Assembly: GCA_000995125.1 (NCBI GenBank)
Contig: LBXA01000002.1
Location: forward strand, 1-53,034
Reading direction: 5' to 3'
Length of the DNA: 53,034 nt
Source: Candidatus Moranbacteria bacterium GW2011_GWA2_39_41
GTDB taxonomy: Bacteria; Patescibacteriota; Minisyncoccia; Moranbacterales; UBA2206
In this document: positions 46,209 to 53,034 of the stretch, piece after piece
Numbering within the stretch: the stretch's first letter is position 1
Layout: each line of letters starts with the position of its first letter
Notes under the pieces: generated by a model
The model's input: only the letters and a program-made list of their open reading frames with translations
What the model was told of the DNA's origin: nothing
Databases searched by the model: none
Position numbers and translations under genes: made by a program

Positions 46209-47546
46209 ATGAGGAATAAAAGTAAAAAAATTGAGCTTTTGGCGCCGGCGGGGAATTTGGAAAAATTGAAGTATGCCATTGCTTATGGCGCGGACGCGGT
46301 TTATGCCGGAGTGCCGGATTTTTCATTGCGGGTGCGAATCAACAATTTTACACAGGAAACTTTGCAAGAAGCAGTGGAGTATACACATAAGCATAAAAAG
46401 AAAATTTTTGTGACTTTGAATATTTATGCGCATAATGTGCATTTAGACGAAATCAAGAAACACTTGAAGTTTTTGAAAACTTTGGATATTGATGGCGTGA
46501 TTGTAGCTGATCCGGGAATTATAATGCTCGTGAAAAAATATTTGCCGAAAGTTGAAATTCATTTGTCCACCCAAGCTAATGCCACAAACATTGAGGCGGT
46601 CAAATTTTGGGCTAAAGTTGGCGTGAAAAGAATTGTGTTGGCTCGAGAAGTGTCACTTTCTGAAATTCGTGAAATCAAAAAAGCCGTGCCGAAAATGGAA
46701 TTGGAATATTTTATTCATGGCGCGATGTGCATGAGCTATTCTGGTCGTTGTATTTTGAGTAAGTGGATGAGCAATCGCAGTGCTAATCTGGGTGATTGTA
46801 CACAACCATGTCGCTGGCTGTATGGCCAGAAATCCGAAATCTTAATTTCTAAATCCAAAATAAATCCAAAATTACAAATCCAAAATTTAAAAAATTGTGA
46901 AGGAGCTGATGATTGTGAGGTGTTGACTACTAGTGTTATGGATAATCAAAATAAATTTGAGGTTGATTTGGAAGAAGATCGGCATGGCACCTATTTTTTC
47001 AATAGTCGCGATATGAACTTGTCCGCCCACATCCAAGACCTAATTGATGCTGGCGTTGATTCATTGAAGATCGAAGGGCGAGCCAAGAGCGTCTATTATG
47101 TGGCAGTTGTTGTTAGGTCATATAGAAAAATTATTGATGCTAGCAATAAGAAAAATTTCAAACAAGTTGTTCGCGAGCAACAGAAGGAATTGAATATGTT
47201 GTCTAACCGTGGATATTCTAAGGGGTTTTTGTTGGGTTCGGAACCGGAACATAATTTTGCAGGCGCATTGAGTGAGACGCCATATAAATTCGCAGCGCAG
47301 GTTGAAGGCAAGAAAAAAATTGCTGGAAAAGTTTTAAATATTATTTTTATGCATAATGAAATATTTTTGCAAGATAATTTGGAAGCGATTAGTCCCAAGG
47401 GTAATGAAAAAATTAAAATTAAGAAAATTCTGAATCCCAAATTGGAAGAAGTACTAGAAGCCCATGGCGGTCATGAGAAGAGATTTTCAATGCAATTTAA
47501 TAAGATTTTAGCAGAAAAAACTTTGCTACGACGAAAATTGACTTGA
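46209..47546 (+). CDS. Peptidase U32 family Fe-S protein (TrhP-like tRNA hydroxylase)
   Basis: ELLAPAG, GADAVY, HLSTQA, HGAMCMSYSGRC..CTQPCR, SLKIEGR. Confidence 0.9.
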   Translation: MRNKSKKIELLAPAGNLEKLKYAIAYGADAVYAGVPDFSLRVRINNFTQETLQEAVEYTHKHKKKIFVTLNIYAHNVHLDEIKKHLKFLKTLDIDGVIVADPGIIMLVKKYLPKVEIHLSTQANATNIEAVKFWAKVGVKRIVLAREVSLSEIREIKKAVPKMELEYFIHGAMCMSYSGRCILSKWMSNRSANLGDCTQPCRWLYGQKSEILISKSKINPKLQIQNLKNCEGADDCEVLTTSVMDNQNKFEVDLEEDRHGTYFFNSRDMNLSAHIQDLIDAGVDSLKIEGRAKSVYYVAVVVRSYRKIIDASNKKNFKQVVREQQKELNMLSNRGYSKGFLLGSEPEHNFAGALSETPYKFAAQVEGKKKIAGKVLNIIFMHNEIFLQDNLEAISPKGNEKIKIKKILNPKLEEVLEAHGGHEKRFSMQFNKILAEKTLLRRKLT

Positions 47547-47668
47547 TTTGTTCTGGTTATCTGGGCAATAAAGCTCGCTTATGAATGATGATGAATTTTG
47601 ATTGGGTGGAAAATCAAAATTTTTACATAGAAATTGGAGCTATAACACTCCATTTTTTTGTTTTGTAG

Positions 47669-49957
<2,289 letters not shown>

Positions 49958-49981
49958 TGCCGATACGAATCGGATAAATAT

Positions 49982-50263
49982 ATGATCACAAAAGAAGAAG
50001 TTCAACACATTGCTGGCTTAGCCCGCATTGGTGTGGACGAAAAAGATTTAGATAAATTTGCCACTGACTTGTCAGCTGTTTTGGATTGGATTTCCGAATT
50101 GAAAGAGGTGGATGTTGCGGGTGTGGAGCCGACAGCGCACATTACGGGTATGGAGAATCGAATGCGAGAAGATGTTCAAAATGATTTTGAAAATAAAGCT
50201 GAAATAATAAATTTATTTCCAGATAGAAAAGATAATTTTGGGAAGGTCAAGTCAGTTCTGTAA
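49982..50263 (+). CDS. gatC: Asp/Glu-tRNA amidotransferase subunit C
   Basis: MITKEEVQHIAGLARI...L.EVDV.GVEPT...RED. Confidence 0.95.
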   Translation: MITKEEVQHIAGLARIGVDEKDLDKFATDLSAVLDWISELKEVDVAGVEPTAHITGMENRMREDVQNDFENKAEIINLFPDRKDNFGKVKSVL

Positions 50264-50264
50264 C

Positions 50265-50343
50265 TGTCATTCCAGTGAAAACGGGAATCCAGTCGCACAT
50301 CATTAAGTTTCTACACTAGATTCCCGTTTTCACTGGAATGACA
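50265..50343. repeat. Perfect 25-bp inverted repeat element (ATTCC-N-GGAAT type)
   Basis: TGTCATTCCAGTGAAAACGGGAATC / GATTCCCGTTTTCACTGGAATGACA. Confidence 0.9.
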
Positions 50344-50348
50344 AAAAT

Positions 50349-51809
50349 ATGATTCGAGAATTACATGAAAAATTAATAAACCACGAAATAACCGCTGTGC
50401 AATTGACGGAAGAGTATTTTGCGCGCATTGAAAAGCAAGACAAAGATATCTTTGCTTATTTAACTTTGACCAAAGATTTGGCGATGGAGCAGGCGAGAAA
50501 AGTGGATGCGAAAATTGCGCGTGGAGAGGAAATCGGAATGTTGGAGGGAATTCCGGGAGCTATCAAGGATAATTTGTGTGTGGCTGGTGTGCGAGCAACA
50601 GCTTGTTCAAAGATTTTGGATAACTATATTGCGCCTTATGATGCCACAGTGGTTGAAAGACTGAAAGAAGCTGGCGCAGTATTTTTGGGAAAGGTGAATA
50701 TGGATGAATTTGCGATGGGCTCTTCAACGGAAAAAAGTGCCTATGGACCAACCAAAAATCCAGTGGATTTGGAGCGTGTGCCTGGTGGCTCTTCTGGCGG
50801 TTCAGCGGCTGCCGTGGCCTCAGGCGAAGCTGTCTGGGCATTGGGAACTGACACTGGAGGCTCAATTCGTCAACCAGCTTCGTTTTGTGGCGTAGTGGGG
50901 TTCAAGCCCACTTATGGGCGAGTTTCTCGTTATGGGGCTATTGCGATGGCTTCAAGTTTAGATCAGATTGGGCCAATCACAAAAACAGTGGAAGATGCGG
51001 CCATTGTTTTGAGCGTGATTGCTGGTGAAGATAAAATGGACGCCACTAGCGCGCAAAGTCCGGCGAAAGACTATACTCGATATCTGACTGGTGAAGTGGC
51101 GGGGCTGAAGATTGGTGTTGTGAAAGGATATGTAGAAAAATTGAATCCAGATGTGAAGGCATCTTTTGAAAAAGTAGTAGCGCAGTATAAGGAAATGGGC
51201 GCGGAAATCAAAGAAATTGAATTGCCAAATGTAAAATATTCTTTGCCAGTGTATTATATTATTATGCCGTGCGAAGTGAGTTCAAATCTAGCGCGCTTTG
51301 ATGGTGTGAAATATGGCATGCGGGCGGAAGACCATAAAGATTCAATACTTGATTTTGTGCCAGAGAATCGAAATTTAATTGAGACGTATTTGGATTCACG
51401 TCGTTATGGAATTGGCGCTGAACCGAAAAGACGAATTATGTTGGGAACCTATGCTTTGTCTTCTGGCTATTATGACGCCTATTATTTGCGCGCGCAAAAA
51501 GTGCGAACATTGATTAAACAAGATTTTGAAAAAGCATATGAGGCAGTGGATTTGATTTTGACCCCAACCACGCCGAGTCCGGCTTTTAAGTTTGATGAAA
51601 AAACGAATGATCCAATTCAAATGTATCTGGAAGATATTTTCACAATCACGGCCAACATTGTAGGTGTGCCAGCTATCTCCGTGCCAGGACCAGCCATTGA
51701 GGTTGATGACAAACAATTGCCACAAGGCTTTCAGTTGATGGGCAAGTGGTTTGATGAGGAAAATTTGCTGCGCGCAGCGCACGCATATGAGGTTCACCCC
51801 GTCAAATAG
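50349..51809 (+). CDS. gatA: Asp/Glu-tRNA amidotransferase subunit A
   Basis: NMDEFAMGSS, PGGSSGGSAA, GTDTGGSIRQPA, SSNLARFDG. Confidence 0.97.
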   Translation: MIRELHEKLINHEITAVQLTEEYFARIEKQDKDIFAYLTLTKDLAMEQARKVDAKIARGEEIGMLEGIPGAIKDNLCVAGVRATACSKILDNYIAPYDATVVERLKEAGAVFLGKVNMDEFAMGSSTEKSAYGPTKNPVDLERVPGGSSGGSAAAVASGEAVWALGTDTGGSIRQPASFCGVVGFKPTYGRVSRYGAIAMASSLDQIGPITKTVEDAAIVLSVIAGEDKMDATSAQSPAKDYTRYLTGEVAGLKIGVVKGYVEKLNPDVKASFEKVVAQYKEMGAEIKEIELPNVKYSLPVYYIIMPCEVSSNLARFDGVKYGMRAEDHKDSILDFVPENRNLIETYLDSRRYGIGAEPKRRIMLGTYALSSGYYDAYYLRAQKVRTLIKQDFEKAYEAVDLILTPTTPSPAFKFDEKTNDPIQMYLEDIFTITANIVGVPAISVPGPAIEVDDKQLPQGFQLMGKWFDEENLLRAAHAYEVHPVK

Positions 51810-51894
51810 AGATAATTTGTTTGGTCTGATTATAAAGAGATAATAGAGTTAAAAACTGGCGAAGCTTGTATAAGAATTTATTTGACAGGGTAAA
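51793..51894. repeat. CCCCGTYAAAT-type inverted repeat element overlapping the gatA stop
   Basis: TTCACCCCGTCAAATA / TATTTGACAGGGTAAA (14/16). Confidence 0.7.
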
Positions 51895-51922
51895 TAAAAA
51901 ATAAAATCAAAATATAAATCGA

Positions 51923-52456
51923 ATGGACTTGGAACTATTAGCCTCAACTATTTATGTGGATGCAATCAAATTTTATCACTCTGGTGTTTTTTCGGTAATA
52001 AAATTTTTGGCGGGTGTTTATGCTATTGTGCTTTTTGTGGATATTGTTTTGCTCTTGATACATCGGGGCTTGGGTGGGAATTTGACGGAAACAATGACTG
52101 GAATGAATATTCCGCGCGAGTTGACGACTAATAAAAAGAAAACTAGAAAAACTTGGCAGAAGATTAGACAAAAATTGGAGACCAGTAATGAAAATGATTA
52201 CAAAGTTGCGATTATCGAAGCAGATGCTTTTATTGAAGACATAATAACTAGGTTGGGATATGATGGTGACAACTTTGCGGAGCGACTGAGGGGAATTCCA
52301 GATGGCCAAATTGAAAATATTGAGGGTATAAAAGAGGCACATGAGTTGCGCAATCGGATTATTCATGATGATAAGTTTGAGCTGAGCAAAGAAGAGGCTG
52401 AACATGCCGTCGGTCATTTTGAGGAGTTTTTGAATAGCTATCAGATATTTGATTGA
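51923..52456 (+). CDS. Hypothetical membrane protein
   Basis: N-terminal TM; AIIEAD...AHELRNRIIH (HEPN-like RxxxxH). Confidence 0.7.
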   Translation: MDLELLASTIYVDAIKFYHSGVFSVIKFLAGVYAIVLFVDIVLLLIHRGLGGNLTETMTGMNIPRELTTNKKKTRKTWQKIRQKLETSNENDYKVAIIEADAFIEDIITRLGYDGDNFAERLRGIPDGQIENIEGIKEAHELRNRIIHDDKFELSKEEAEHAVGHFEEFLNSYQIFD

Positions 52457-52481
52457 CATTTTCGATTTGTTTGATTATAAT
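52453..52481 (+). promoter_or_regulatory. Consensus sigma70 promoter of the tRNA cluster
   Basis: TTGACA-N17-TATAAT. Confidence 0.85.
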
Positions 52482-52499
52482 AACAAATAGTTTTTAAAT

Positions 52500-52571
52500 A
52501 GCGGGGTGGAGCAATGGCAGCTCGCGTGGCTCATAACCATGAGGTTGTAGGTTCGAATCCTACCCCCGCAA
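52500..52571 (+). tRNA. tRNA-fMet(CAT), initiator
   Basis: Cloverleaf; unpaired A1:A72; A11-U24; no encoded CCA. Confidence 0.9.
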
Positions 52572-52593
52572 CATAAATTGAGATAAAAAGCAT

Positions 52594-52667
52594 GGCAGGG
52601 TAGCTCAGTTGGTTAGAGCACAACATTCATAACGTTGAGGTCATGAGTTCGAGTCTCATCTCTGCTA
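52594..52667 (+). tRNA. tRNA(CAT), probably elongator Met (Ile2 not excluded)
   Basis: Cloverleaf; anticodon loop TTCATAA; T-arm ATGAG-TTCGAGT-CTCAT. Confidence 0.88.
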
Positions 52668-52676
52668 CAAGAAGCG

Positions 52677-52794
52677 AATTTTCAATTTTCAATTCACAAT
52701 TTTCAAACAATTTTCAAGGATTAAATTTTCAATAAGTTTGGAAATTTGGACATTATGAATTGTTTAGAAATTAGAAATTGGTAATTAAAAATTA
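52677..52794. repeat. 7-mer tandem fold-back (AATTTTC / GAAATTA) between tRNAs
   Basis: AATTTTC-like units, then GAAATTR-like units. Confidence 0.8.
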
Positions 52795-52800
52795 CCGTTT

Positions 52801-52874
52801 GGGGCTGTAGCTCAGTTGGTTAGAGCGACTGCCTGTCACGCAGTAGGTCACCGGTTCGAGTCCGGCCAGCCCCG
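52801..52874 (+). tRNA. tRNA-Asp(GTC)
   Basis: Cloverleaf; anticodon loop CTGTCAC; G73 discriminator. Confidence 0.95.
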
Positions 52875-52891
52875 CTTTGAACAAAAGCCAT

Positions 52892-52921
52892 AAAAACAGT
52901 CCGTCACGGCGGACTGTTTTT
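52892..52921 (+). terminator. Terminator of the tRNA cluster
   Basis: AAAAACAGTCCG-N6-CGGACTGTTTTT. Confidence 0.85.
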
Positions 52922-53034
52922 GCTTTATACAAGCCTCGTGATACCTCATTTAAAAATCTAATGATGAGCCCTTTCGATTTTTCAAATAAAAAACCTAGGA
53001 TTCTAACAATTAATCTATCAAATATTAAAAAATT

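Noticed and set aside
46423..46450. dif-like TGCGCATAATGT in the U32 gene
   Set aside because: No TTATGTTAAAT arm; explained by coding sequence (YAHNV).

Overview
AT-rich bacterial chromosome segment. Gene content and style suggest a Patescibacteria/CPR (Parcubacteria-like) genome; this is inference only. Layout: (1) 0.1-13.2 kb, a type IV pilus/T2SS-like locus (pilins, PilB, PilC) interleaved with an orphan PstS-like protein, a PAS histidine kinase, a PAS protein and two stand-alone receivers. (2) 13.3-34.5 kb, housekeeping and envelope genes: rnj, PAP2 phosphatase, thioredoxin-fold protein, uvrB, secG, OppA-like, cupin GPI, manC, two lysozyme-like paralogs, GH1, a four-helix-bundle protein and others. 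(3) 34.5-53 kb, translation and repair genes: rplT-rpmI-infC-ssrA-smpB, argS, ileS, recO, tgt, U32, ligA, gatCA and three tRNAs. The unusual layer is a dense set of small repeated elements. A Cas2-fold/PaaX-like gene is bracketed by two 38-bp palindromic direct repeats. An Avd-like four-helix-bundle gene is preceded and internally invaded by 9-mer purine/pyrimidine fold-backs that include a G-quadruplex motif. Many 7/8/9-mer tandem fold-backs fill intergenic gaps. Several palindromic/MITE-like families sit in frame inside uvrB, argS, tgt, U32, ligA and the end of gatA. All calls come from reading motifs by eye; no database searches were run.
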